From positions 12,781 through 44,780 of the forward strand of contig CAJFTX010000067.1 in the NCBI GenBank assembly GCA_904420075.1: a DNA stretch of 32,000 bases, given 5' to 3'. The translations under genes and the position numbers were made by a program. This document shows, piece by piece, positions 7,972 to 16,055 of this stretch (within the stretch, counting starts at the first letter, position 1; the number at the start of each line of letters is the position of its first letter). Origin of the DNA: an uncultured Clostridia bacterium. Lineage in GTDB: Bacteria > Bacillota > Clostridia > Oscillospirales > Feifaniaceae. The notes under the pieces were generated by a model that saw nothing but the letters and a program-made list of their open reading frames with translations, was not told the origin of the DNA and did not search any database.

Positions 7972-8528
7972 TCACCTCCCCGGCCGAGGAGCGCCGCGCC
8001 CGCACAGACGGCGGCGCTCCCGAGCAGCACAAAGATCACGTTAACCCGGGTGAAAAAGCTGAGCGCAAACGCCGCGGCCGCGAGCGGCAGCAGGAGCTTC
8101 TGCCTCTCCTTCCGAATCGCGCCCGCCATCGACACGAGAAAATCGACGATCAGCGCCGCGGCGGCCGCCTGCATCCCCCGCAGCACCGCCGCGATCGCCG
8201 CATTTGCGATAAACACCTGATAGAACGCGGAGATCACCCCCAGAATGAGCAGCGGCGGGAGCACCGCCGAGACGCAGCTGACGAGAAGCCCCGGCACGCC
8301 CCCCGTGCGCCAGCCGCAGAGCGCGACCAGATTCACCGCGATCGCCCCCGGCGTGGACTGCGCCACCGCCGCCATCTCGAGCAGCTCCTCCTCCTTGAGC
8401 AGCTTCTTTCCCTCCACAAAGTAGGTGCGCACCATCGGCACCACCACATAGCCGCCCCCGAAGGTGAACGCGCTCAAAAACAGATTGACCCCCGCCAGCC
8501 ACAGGTAAAACCGCACATCCCGTCTCAT
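7968..8528 (-). CDS. chrA: chromate ion transporter (CHR) family protein, short-chain, first of a pair
   Basis: LSAFTFGGGYVVVPMV motif and TM-rich sequence. I place the start at ATG 8528 (RBS AAAGGGGGAGAG) rather than the track start 8609. Confidence 0.85.
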   Translation of the reverse strand: MRRDVRFYLWLAGVNLFLSAFTFGGGYVVVPMVRTYFVEGKKLLKEEELLEMAAVAQSTPGAIAVNLVALCGWRTGGVPGLLVSCVSAVLPPLLILGVISAFYQVFIANAAIAAVLRGMQAAAAALIVDFLVSMAGAIRKERQKLLLPLAAAAFALSFFTRVNVIFVLLGSAAVCAGAALLGRGGE

Positions 8529-8639
8529 CCGCTCTCCCCCTTTCCACAGCTCTCCCAGTATACCACTTGCATCTCCATCTGAAAAACGATATAATTTTCT
8601 AAAATCCATTACTTTTTTTCATGGAAAGGGGGAGAGGCG

Positions 8640-9602
8640 ATGCTCTCGCTTCGCCAGCTCAAGCTCTTCCGCGCGGTGGCCGAGGCCGGAAGCTTCACCG
8701 GGGCGGCGGCGCGGCTCTACGTCACCCAGTCGGCCGTCTCCCACGCGGTGCGGGAGCTCGAGGAGGAGGCGGGGGCCGCTCTCTTTGACCGGCTGCCAAA
8801 GGGGGTGCGGCCGACGGCGGCCGGCCGGCTGCTGCTCGCGGAGGCGGCGCCCCTGCTCGCGGACTGCGAGGCGCTCGAGCGCCGGCTCCCCGCGCTCGAG
8901 CGGCGGGCGCCGCTGCGGCTGGTCTCCAGCATCACGATCGCCTCCTTCTGGCTGCCGCGCATCCTGCTGCGCTTCGAGCGGGAGCGGCCGGAGCTCCCCG
9001 TCTCGGTCACGGTGGTCCGCGCCGCCGACGCGCTCACGGCGCTGCGGACAGGTGAGGCGGACCTCGCCTTTGTGGAGGGGGCGCTCCCGGAGGGGGAGTT
9101 CTGCGGGACAAAATTTTCGGAGTATACGCTGTGCGCCGTCTGCGCGCCGGACTATCCGATCTCCCGGCGGCCGGAATTTGAGGAGCTCTGCGGCGCAAAG
9201 CTGCTGCTGCGGGAGCCGGGCAGCGCCATCCGCGACACCTTCCAGAGCGCGCTGCTGCTCGGGGGACACACCGTCCGCCCGAGCTGGGAGAGCGTCAACT
9301 CCACCGCGCTCCTGGAGGCGGCGAAGGCCGGGCTCGGCGTCACCGTGCTGCCCGAGCTGCTGGTTGCGGACGCGCTTGAGAGGGGGGAGCTCCGCCTCCT
9401 CGAGCTCCCCGGCCCCGCGCTCGCAAACGAGCTCTTCGTCGTCCGGCGGCGGGACAGCGCGCTCTCGCCCGCGCTCGAGCTCCTGCTTGACTGTGCGCGC
9501 AGTCAGAAAAGCGGTGGCGGAGCTTCCGAGAAACATGTATCGGTACAAAATCTGCCCTCCCATCCCGGGATTGAATCCTTATGCCGTGAGGAGGACGGGT
9601 AA
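8640..9602 (+). CDS. LysR-family transcriptional regulator, divergent from the CHR pair
   Basis: N-terminal HTH LRQLKLFRAVAEAGSFTGAAARLYVTQSAVSHAVRELEEE followed by a LysR substrate-binding region. RBS is GGGGGAGAGG. Confidence 0.92.
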   Translation: MLSLRQLKLFRAVAEAGSFTGAAARLYVTQSAVSHAVRELEEEAGAALFDRLPKGVRPTAAGRLLLAEAAPLLADCEALERRLPALERRAPLRLVSSITIASFWLPRILLRFERERPELPVSVTVVRAADALTALRTGEADLAFVEGALPEGEFCGTKFSEYTLCAVCAPDYPISRRPEFEELCGAKLLLREPGSAIRDTFQSALLLGGHTVRPSWESVNSTALLEAAKAGLGVTVLPELLVADALERGELRLLELPGPALANELFVVRRRDSALSPALELLLDCARSQKSGGGASEKHVSVQNLPSHPGIESLCREEDG

Positions 9603-9655
9603 ATTCTTCGGATTACGGCACATTTCAAATTCTGTCCCGAACTATTTTGAATCTG

Positions 9656-9692
9656 AGACGGAGCGGCGCGCACACGCCCCGTCTATTCTTAT
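9656..9692 (+). terminator. candidate terminator of the LysR gene
   Basis: agacgg (9656-9661) pairs with ccgtct (9679-9684), with inner ggcg/cgcc pairing. It is followed by attcttat. Confidence 0.4.
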
Positions 9693-10061
9693 CTGAGCAA
9701 AAATATGCAGTGTCGTTGCCCTGCGATCGGGAACGCGTCATTGGCGGAAGCAGGGAGAAGACTGATACCCTTACGCACATGCCGAAATGACAGAGGCGGA
9801 GACGGAAAACCCGTTGGCTGTCATCGAGGAACGAATCCTCTCTCACTTGATGCATCCCGGTGAAGCGCGATGCAACAGGTCCGAGCGAGGGCCTGGAATC
9901 CGCTCCCCGCCCGGACATCCGCCGCAGACAGAAACGGGCAATGTCATGGCTCGTCACCTGCAAAGCCGTTGCCTGCGAGCGATGACCTCTTCGCCCCTAT
10001 CGCGCCTGTGGACGCCGTCTCTCCTCCGGCGCTCCGGCCGGTCACAGCCGCCGTCACTGTC

Positions 10062-10100
10062 AAAAAAAAGCGCCCGGGTACCAGGTACCCGGGCGCTTTT
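10062..10100 (-). terminator. rho-independent terminator of the dapF-dapL-nucleotidase-like operon (bidirectional shape)
   Basis: The stem gcgcccgggtacc / ggtacccgggcgc lies directly after the stop at 10101. The flanks are A8 on the plus strand (U8 on the minus-strand transcript) and T4 on the other side. Confidence 0.85.
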
Positions 10101-11627
10101 CTATCCCGTAATCAGCTCCAGTCTTCCGTCCACCGCGGGGCTCACCGGCCCCGCGCTCTGCAGATAGGTGATGAAGCGATCGGTGAGCACTCCGTACTCC
10201 TCCTCCGCCGTGAGCTGCGCGAGCGGGTCCTCCACCGCGAGCTGCACCGCCGTCTCGCTCTGCACCTTCTCGGTCGTCACCAGCGTATAGCTGCGGGCGG
10301 TGTCGATCGGCTGGCCGCCGATCTGCACGCTTGTCACCCGCGAACCCGCCGGGAGAGTCATATTCGCCGACACGCGCATCCCCCCGATCTGCGGGAAGAG
10401 GCCGCCCTCCACCTCGTAGTCCGAGAAGGAGTACTCGAGCAGCTGCCAGAGCTGCTGTCCGGTCACCGTGTAGCGCACAAGGCTGCTGTCGAGCGGGAGC
10501 GCCGTCTGCACGCTCCCCCGCGAGATGACGCCCGCCGGAATGGAGGTGCGGAGATTCTCGCTCGGAATCAGCGCCACCTCGCACCCGGTGTGATACCGCG
10601 CGAAGTCGGCCACAAGATCGCCGAAGTTGGTCTCCTGCCGGCGCACACTCGCCCGCTCCCCGTCGAGTGTGACCGTCGCCTCCCCGACCGCCTCCGCGAG
10701 ATAGGCCATGCTCGACTCCTTCGCCGCTGAGACGAGCTCTGTAATCGTCTCGTCCGGCGTCAGCTCCCGCAGGTCGTCTCCAGTGTAGAGCGCGGTCTCG
10801 GTCTCATAGACCTGGGTGCCGCGCAGCTGGATACGCGCGAGTCCCACCGAGGCGCCGTCCGTCCCCGCGCGGCAGAGCAGCGTCTCGCCGATCCGCTCGC
10901 CCGAGGGGAGCGCGTCCCCCCCGAGGCCCTCGATCAGAAGATCGATTCCCTGCACCTCGGAGGCAAGTGCGCGCGCCCGCTCGTCGCCGAGCTGGGAGAG
11001 CACGATCACGAAGTCGGCCCTGCTTCCGATCTCCTCCAGTACCTCCCGCACCGACTGGACGGGATCGCGCACCGTGAGATTCCCGAGCTTCGAGACCGAG
11101 AGGGCGCCCGCGTCGTCGGTCATCACGCCGACCACCGCGATGTTCACCCGTCCCACCTTCTTGATGAGATAGGGCGAAAAGGCGCGCTCCTCCCCGAGAT
11201 AGACGTTGCAACAGAGCACGTTGAGTCCGTAGTCCGACACGAGCGTCCCGAGCCGGTTGCCGCCGTAGCTGAAGTCGGAGGGGGCGAGCCCCACCGCGTT
11301 GTACCCCGTCTCGGTGAGGATATTAAAGGGGAGGGTGCCCTCGGTGAGATTTACCATCTGGGTCCCGTAGAGGAAGCCGCCGCAGTCGAGCACCAGCGAC
11401 CGATTCCCGCTCTCCTCACGCACCTGGTCCGCAAAGGCGTCGGTCAGCGCGGAGCCGACCACCCCCTTGTCCGCCTCCACCCGGCCGTGCACCCCGCCGG
11501 TGTAGACGATCTCGATCTCGGTCACCTCGCGCGACATGCAGGAGAAGAAGGGCAGCACCATGCAGATCGCGAGCACAATGCAGAGAATCTGCGCCACCGT
11601 CTTTTTGCGGATTTTAATCTTCTTCAT
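10101..11627 (-). CDS. 5'-nucleotidase/UshA-family homolog with signal peptide; metallophosphatase active-site residues substituted (probable pseudoenzyme)
   Basis: The C-terminal 5'-nucleotidase domain is present (ETNFGDLVADFARYH...VQTALPLDSSLVRYTVTGQQLWQLLE). The N-terminal motifs align to the family but read VYTGGVHG, LVLDCGGFLYG, GYNAVGLAPSDFSYG, IVLSQLG and LIEGLGG. The signal sequence has a possible lipobox (PFFSC). Start is ATG 11627 (track GTG 11633). Confidence 0.85.
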   Translation of the reverse strand: MKKIKIRKKTVAQILCIVLAICMVLPFFSCMSREVTEIEIVYTGGVHGRVEADKGVVGSALTDAFADQVREESGNRSLVLDCGGFLYGTQMVNLTEGTLPFNILTETGYNAVGLAPSDFSYGGNRLGTLVSDYGLNVLCCNVYLGEERAFSPYLIKKVGRVNIAVVGVMTDDAGALSVSKLGNLTVRDPVQSVREVLEEIGSRADFVIVLSQLGDERARALASEVQGIDLLIEGLGGDALPSGERIGETLLCRAGTDGASVGLARIQLRGTQVYETETALYTGDDLRELTPDETITELVSAAKESSMAYLAEAVGEATVTLDGERASVRRQETNFGDLVADFARYHTGCEVALIPSENLRTSIPAGVISRGSVQTALPLDSSLVRYTVTGQQLWQLLEYSFSDYEVEGGLFPQIGGMRVSANMTLPAGSRVTSVQIGGQPIDTARSYTLVTTEKVQSETAVQLAVEDPLAQLTAEEEYGVLTDRFITYLQSAGPVSPAVDGRLELITG

Positions 11628-11633
11628 AATCAC

Positions 11634-12836
11634 TTACTTCCCGAACAGATTGGTAAAGCGCTCCATCGCGCGGGCGGTGTGCTCCTGTGTGCCGAAGGCG
11701 GTCAGGCGGAACCAGCCCTCCCCCGCGGCGCCGAAGCCGACGCCCGGCGTCCCGACCACCTGCGCCCGCTCCAGGAGCAGGTCGAAAAAGCTCCAGGAGT
11801 CCAGCCCGTCCGGGCACTGCATCCAGATATAGGGCGCGTTGTCCCCGCCGATGGCGGGAATCCCGAGGCCCCGCACGGTGCGCGCGATGAGCTTTGCGTT
11901 CTCCATATAGTAGGCGACGTTCTCCCGGCACTGGGCCCTGCCCTCCGGGGTGTAGTAGGCCGCCGCGCCGCGCTGCGAGATGTAGGAGGCGCCGTTGAAC
12001 CGGGTGGTCTGCCGCCGGTTCCAGAGCCGGTTCAGAGGCACCTCGTTCCCCGCCGCATCGCGCGCGGTGAGCTCGTGCGGCACCACGGTGTAGCCGCAGC
12101 GGATGCCGGTGAAGCCCGCCGTCTTGCTGAAGCTGCGGATCTCGACGGCACAGCGCTTCGCCCCCTCCACCTCGTAGATCGAGTGGGGCAGCGCCCCGTC
12201 CGAGATGAACTGCTCGTAGGCCGAGTCGAAGATCAGAAGGGTCCCGTTCGCGTTGGCGTAGTCGACAAACGCCCGGAGCTGCTCCTTCGAGAGCACCGCG
12301 CCGGTCGGGTTGTTCGGCGAGCAGAGATAGAGGATGTCCGCCTTGAAATCCGGCACCTCGGGCAGAAAGCCGTTCTCCGCGCGGCACTCGATGAACTTCA
12401 CCTGCCGCCCCGCCATCAGGTTGGTGTCAATATAGACGGGATAGGCGGGCTCGGTGATCGCGACGACGTTGTCCGCGCCCAGAATGTCGCCGAAGTTGCC
12501 GCAGTCGCTCTTCGCCCCGTCCGAGACGAAGATCTCGTCCTCCGAGAGGGAGACGCCGCGCGCGGCGAAGTCGTGCTCCAAAATCGCCCGCTTCAAAAAG
12601 CCGTAGCCCTGCTCCGGGCCGTACCCCTTAAAGGTCTCGGCTTTTGCCATCTCGAGGCTCGCTCTCGCCATCTCCTCCGCGATGGCGGGCGCGAGCGGCC
12701 GGGTCACGTCCCCGATGCCGAGCCGGATGATCTCCGCCTCCGGGTGCGCCTCCTGATAGGCGCTCACCCGCTTCGCGATGTCCGAGAAGAGATAGCTCTC
12801 CTTCAGATTTAAAAAATTCTGGTTGATCGTCGCCAT
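11634..12836 (-). CDS. dapL: LL-diaminopimelate aminotransferase
   Basis: N-terminus MATINQNFLNLKESYLFSDIAKRV, IRLGIGDVTRPL, and the class I aminotransferase lysine region SFSKTAGFTGIRCGY. Confidence 0.92.
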   Translation of the reverse strand: MATINQNFLNLKESYLFSDIAKRVSAYQEAHPEAEIIRLGIGDVTRPLAPAIAEEMARASLEMAKAETFKGYGPEQGYGFLKRAILEHDFAARGVSLSEDEIFVSDGAKSDCGNFGDILGADNVVAITEPAYPVYIDTNLMAGRQVKFIECRAENGFLPEVPDFKADILYLCSPNNPTGAVLSKEQLRAFVDYANANGTLLIFDSAYEQFISDGALPHSIYEVEGAKRCAVEIRSFSKTAGFTGIRCGYTVVPHELTARDAAGNEVPLNRLWNRRQTTRFNGASYISQRGAAAYYTPEGRAQCRENVAYYMENAKLIARTVRGLGIPAIGGDNAPYIWMQCPDGLDSWSFFDLLLERAQVVGTPGVGFGAAGEGWFRLTAFGTQEHTARAMERFTNLFGK

Positions 12837-12849
12837 AGTCTCACTCTCC

Positions 12850-13689
12850 TTACAGATCGATCTCGCCGTGGAATACCTCGGTGGCGGGGCCGCTCATCTC
12901 CACATGGTTATTCGCAAGCCAGCGGATGGCAAGGTCGCCCCCGCGCAGGTGCACGGTGATCTCCTCATTCCGCGCGCAGTGGCCGAGCAGCACCGCGGCC
13001 ACCGCGGTCGCGCAGGCGCCGGTACCGCAGGCCATCGTCTCGCCCGAGCCGCGCTCCCAGACCCGCATCTCGAGCTCATTTCTCCCGACCACCCGGGCAA
13101 ACTCGGTGTTCACCCGCTCGGGGAAGGCCGGATGGCGCTCAAAGCGCGGGCCGAGCCGCTCGAGCGGCAGGTCCGCCACACTGTCCACAAAGAGCACCGC
13201 GTGCGGGTTCCCCATCGAGACACAGGTGACCCGGTACTCCGTGCCGTCCACCGTGAGCGGCACGTCCACCGCCCGCTCGCCGGGGAAGTCCGCCGGGATC
13301 TCCGACGGACGGAGGACCGCCTCCCCCATGTCGACGGTCACCCGCTCGACCTTTCCCGCGCGCACCGCAAGGGTGAGCTCCTTGATCCCGGAGAGGGTCT
13401 CGAGGGTCATCCGCTCCTTTTTGACAAGGCCGTGCTCATAGGCGTACTTGCCGATGCAGCGGGTGGCGTTGCCGCACATCTTGCCCTCGCTCCCGTCCGC
13501 GTTGAACATCCGCATGCGCAGGTCGGCCACCTCGGACGGCAGGATGAGCACCAGCCCGTCCCCGCCGACGCCGGTGTGCCGGTCGGAGAGCAGCACCGCC
13601 GCCCGCTCCGGGTCGGCCACCGTCTCCCGAAAGCCGTCCACATAGATATAGTCGTTTGAGATGCCGTGCATCTTTGTAAAATGTAGCAT
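12850..13689 (-). CDS. dapF: diaminopimelate epimerase
   Basis: MLHFTKMHGISNDYIYVD, two catalytic Cys regions (KMCGNATRC and ETMACGTGACA), SMGNPH. Start is ATG 13689 with RBS AGGGAGAA. The 469-aa track ORF is an upstream read-through artefact. Confidence 0.93.
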   Translation of the reverse strand: MLHFTKMHGISNDYIYVDGFRETVADPERAAVLLSDRHTGVGGDGLVLILPSEVADLRMRMFNADGSEGKMCGNATRCIGKYAYEHGLVKKERMTLETLSGIKELTLAVRAGKVERVTVDMGEAVLRPSEIPADFPGERAVDVPLTVDGTEYRVTCVSMGNPHAVLFVDSVADLPLERLGPRFERHPAFPERVNTEFARVVGRNELEMRVWERGSGETMACGTGACATAVAAVLLGHCARNEEITVHLRGGDLAIRWLANNHVEMSGPATEVFHGEIDL

Positions 13690-13714
13690 ACCGTTCTCCC
13701 TAAAAATACAGTTT

Positions 13715-13743
13715 ATTTTACTCGATTCCCCGCCTCTTGTCAA
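13715..13743 (-). promoter_or_regulatory. sigma-70-type promoter of dapF operon
   Basis: On the minus strand: TTGACA (13743-13738), a 17-nt spacer, then TAAAAT (13720-13715). This lies about 25 nt upstream of the dapF ATG. Confidence 0.65.
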
Positions 13744-14197
13744 ATTTCGCGGCCCGCGGCGCGGGTAAAACGGACGCCCCAAGAGAGAGGAGCCCGCCCG
13801 GCTCCGAGACGGCGGACCGCCCGAGCCGGCGCCGCGGGGCCATCGTCCCGCCGCCCGCGCAGTTTTGCCGGGCGGCGGGCCCTCAAGAAGGGGCCGGAGA
13901 ATCTTTCTTGCAATCGGGGTCGCCATGTCCCGATTCGGCCGGGCGCAGCGGCTTTTCGTCCCTCTGCGTCGCGCTCTGGAGAGCCGCACGCAGCTCCTCC
14001 AAATATGCCGGGCAGCTCCGCTCCCGACGGAGCAGAGCCTGAAGAGATTTTGGACGCTCCTGCGCAGCGCAGTCGGGCGCCGGCGAGAACCGGCCCTCAA
14101 ACAGCCCGGCGTTCTCTCCCCCCCGTCCCCGTCTTCCAACGGCGGTCGCCGTTCCGGCCGGCCTGTGCGAGCCCCCTGTATCCCCTTCCGCTCCGTC

Positions 14198-15172
14198 CTA
14201 CTGCGCGGGCCGGACCGACACCTCCCCCGAGGAGAGCGCCTCTCTGCTGCCGTCCTCATATTCGACCAGCAGCTCCGCCCGGTCGGTCACCGCGAGCGCC
14301 TGGGCCGCACGCCGTCCGCGCGGGGTGATCACCGTCACAGCCTTTCCGACCGTGCTGCAGTCTGCGCGGTACTGCGCGATATACCGCTCCGTCCCCTCCT
14401 CGTGGAGAGCTCGCTCCATCCGCGTAAGCGCGCGGATGACGGCGGCGGCGAGCGCCGCGCGGCGCACCTGTTTCCCCGTCGAGAGCACAATCGAGGTGGC
14501 GCTTCCCGCAAGCTCGCCGAAATCCGTCTCGGTCTGCGAGACGTTGATCCCGACGCCGACGACAAGCGACAGCACCCGTCCGCTCTCCCCTTCGGTCGAG
14601 AGCTCGGTCAGAATGCCGCAGAGCTTCTTTCCGTCAAACTGCGGGTCGTTGGTCCACTTGATCGAGGGGCGTCTGCCCGCGAGCTCCTCCACCGCGTCGC
14701 AGACCGCCACCCCCGCGCAGGCGGTGACCAGAGCGCAGTCCGCCGTCTCGAGCGGCGGACGGATGAGCGCCGAGAGATAGAGCCCCTTTCCCGCCGGGGA
14801 TGCAAAGCTCCGCCCGAGCCGTCCGCGGCCGCCCGTCTGTCGCTCCGCGATGACCACCGCCTCCCGCACCCCCTCGAGCGCGAGTCTCTTGGCGTAGGTG
14901 CTGGTCGAGTCCACCTCCGGCAGCAGATAGAGCCGCGGCGCGGCCGGCGCGGAAAGCGCCAGAATCTCCGCCTCCGAGAGAACGTCGGGCGCGGCGCACA
15001 GCCGGTAGCCCCGGTTGGTGCGCGACTCGATCTCATACCCCTCCTCCCGGAGCGCGGCGATCTCCTTCCAGACCGCCGCGCGGGAGACGCCGAGCGCCGC
15101 CGCGAGCCGTTCCCCCGACACAGGGGCCTCCGACCGCCAGAGCGCCTCCAATATCTGCTCTCTTTTTCCCAT
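14198..15172 (-). CDS. birA: bifunctional biotin-[acetyl-CoA-carboxylase] ligase / biotin operon repressor
   Basis: N-terminal wHTH (ILEALWRSEAPVSGERLAAALGVSRAAVWKEIAALREEGYEI) and the biotin ligase loop QTGGRGRLGRSF. Start is ATG 15172 with RBS GGAGGG. Confidence 0.92.
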   Translation of the reverse strand: MGKREQILEALWRSEAPVSGERLAAALGVSRAAVWKEIAALREEGYEIESRTNRGYRLCAAPDVLSEAEILALSAPAAPRLYLLPEVDSTSTYAKRLALEGVREAVVIAERQTGGRGRLGRSFASPAGKGLYLSALIRPPLETADCALVTACAGVAVCDAVEELAGRRPSIKWTNDPQFDGKKLCGILTELSTEGESGRVLSLVVGVGINVSQTETDFGELAGSATSIVLSTGKQVRRAALAAAVIRALTRMERALHEEGTERYIAQYRADCSTVGKAVTVITPRGRRAAQALAVTDRAELLVEYEDGSREALSSGEVSVRPAQ

Positions 15173-15220
15173 AATTCCCTCCAAAAAGCGAGAGCGGGCG
15201 CGCTGCCGCCCGCCCGCTGT

Positions 15221-16042
15221 CTACCGTAAAAATGCCGCCCCGTAGGCGTGCAGCCCGAGATGGATGCCCACCACCGGACCGATTTCGCGCAGCTCCACCC
15301 GCAGCGCCGGACACTTCGCCCGCAGCAGCGCGCGCAGCTCCTCCGCCCCCTGCGAGGGGCCGAAGCGGTGCACCACCACCGCCACCGCGTCCGCCGGAAC
15401 CCGCTTCGCGATCTCCTCCACCTGGGCGTGCCGTCCGCGCACCAGCGTATCGGCCTGGAGCTTGCCGTCCTTACAGCGGAGCACCGGCCGGATGTTCAAA
15501 ATGGTGCCGACCGACTGGCGCAGCGCGCCGAGCCGCCCGCTCTTGCGCAGCGGCTCCATATTCTCCACAGTGAACACAATGCCCGTCCGGTCCCGCAGCG
15601 TCTCGATCTCCTGCCGGATGGAGGAGATGCTCTCCCCCGCGCACGCGAGCTCGGTCGCCCGCTCGACGAGAAACGCAAGGCCCCCCGCCGTGGTGCGCGA
15701 GTCCACAACCTCGAGCCGGTCCCCGCCGAACTCCTTCGCCGCGGAGAGGGCCGAGCTGTAGTTTCCGGAGAGGCCGGAGGACATCGTCACGCAGACGATC
15801 CGGTGCCCGCCCGCGAGCAGCTCGGAAAACACCCCTCTCCAGACGTGCGGCGGGGTCTGAAAGGTGCTGCACGCCGCCTCGTCCGCCCCGTACTCCTGGA
15901 AAAAGGGCTCGAGATGCTCAGGGTACCCCTCGCTGCAAACCCGGCCGTTCACGGTGTAGCCCATCGGCACCACCCGCAGGTGGAGCGCCTCCGCCTTCTT
16001 TCTCGGCAGGTAAACTGAGCTGTCTGTCACGATTACTGTCAT
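15221..16042 (-). CDS. DegV-family fatty-acid-binding protein
   Basis: MTVIVTDSSVYLP start and DegV-like length and pattern (SSGLSGNYSSA, IVFTVENMEPLRKSGR). Start is ATG 16042 with RBS AGGAGGGAG, which lies inside the end of accD-accA. Confidence 0.85.
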   Translation of the reverse strand: MTVIVTDSSVYLPRKKAEALHLRVVPMGYTVNGRVCSEGYPEHLEPFFQEYGADEAACSTFQTPPHVWRGVFSELLAGGHRIVCVTMSSGLSGNYSSALSAAKEFGGDRLEVVDSRTTAGGLAFLVERATELACAGESISSIRQEIETLRDRTGIVFTVENMEPLRKSGRLGALRQSVGTILNIRPVLRCKDGKLQADTLVRGRHAQVEEIAKRVPADAVAVVVHRFGPSQGAEELRALLRAKCPALRVELREIGPVVGIHLGLHAYGAAFLR

Positions 16043-16055
16043 AACGCTCTCCCTC

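Noticed and set aside
9815-9945. RNase P / SRP / cobalamin-riboswitch-like words (gaggaacgaatcc, ggtgaagcg, acagaaacgggc, caggtccg)
   Set aside because: These are isolated partial matches only. The universally conserved GAGGAAAGUCC (RNase P), the SRP domain IV consensus and the B12 box are absent, and the spacing does not fit any of them.
13976-13984. CTGGAGAGC, the conserved 3' word of lysine riboswitches, near lysine-pathway genes
   Set aside because: It is on the plus strand while dapF/dapL are on the minus strand. It lies upstream of the dapF promoter, and the other L-box elements are not evident around it.
13690-14259. N-terminal 190-aa extension of the dapF ORF (the track gives 469 aa); similar upstream extensions of the response regulator, CHR, birA, degV, fabF, fabD, acpP and ATP-grasp ORFs
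   Set aside because: In each case an internal ATG with a good Shine-Dalgarno sequence coincides with the conserved family N-terminus. The extension is low-complexity, and for dapF it runs through its own promoter.
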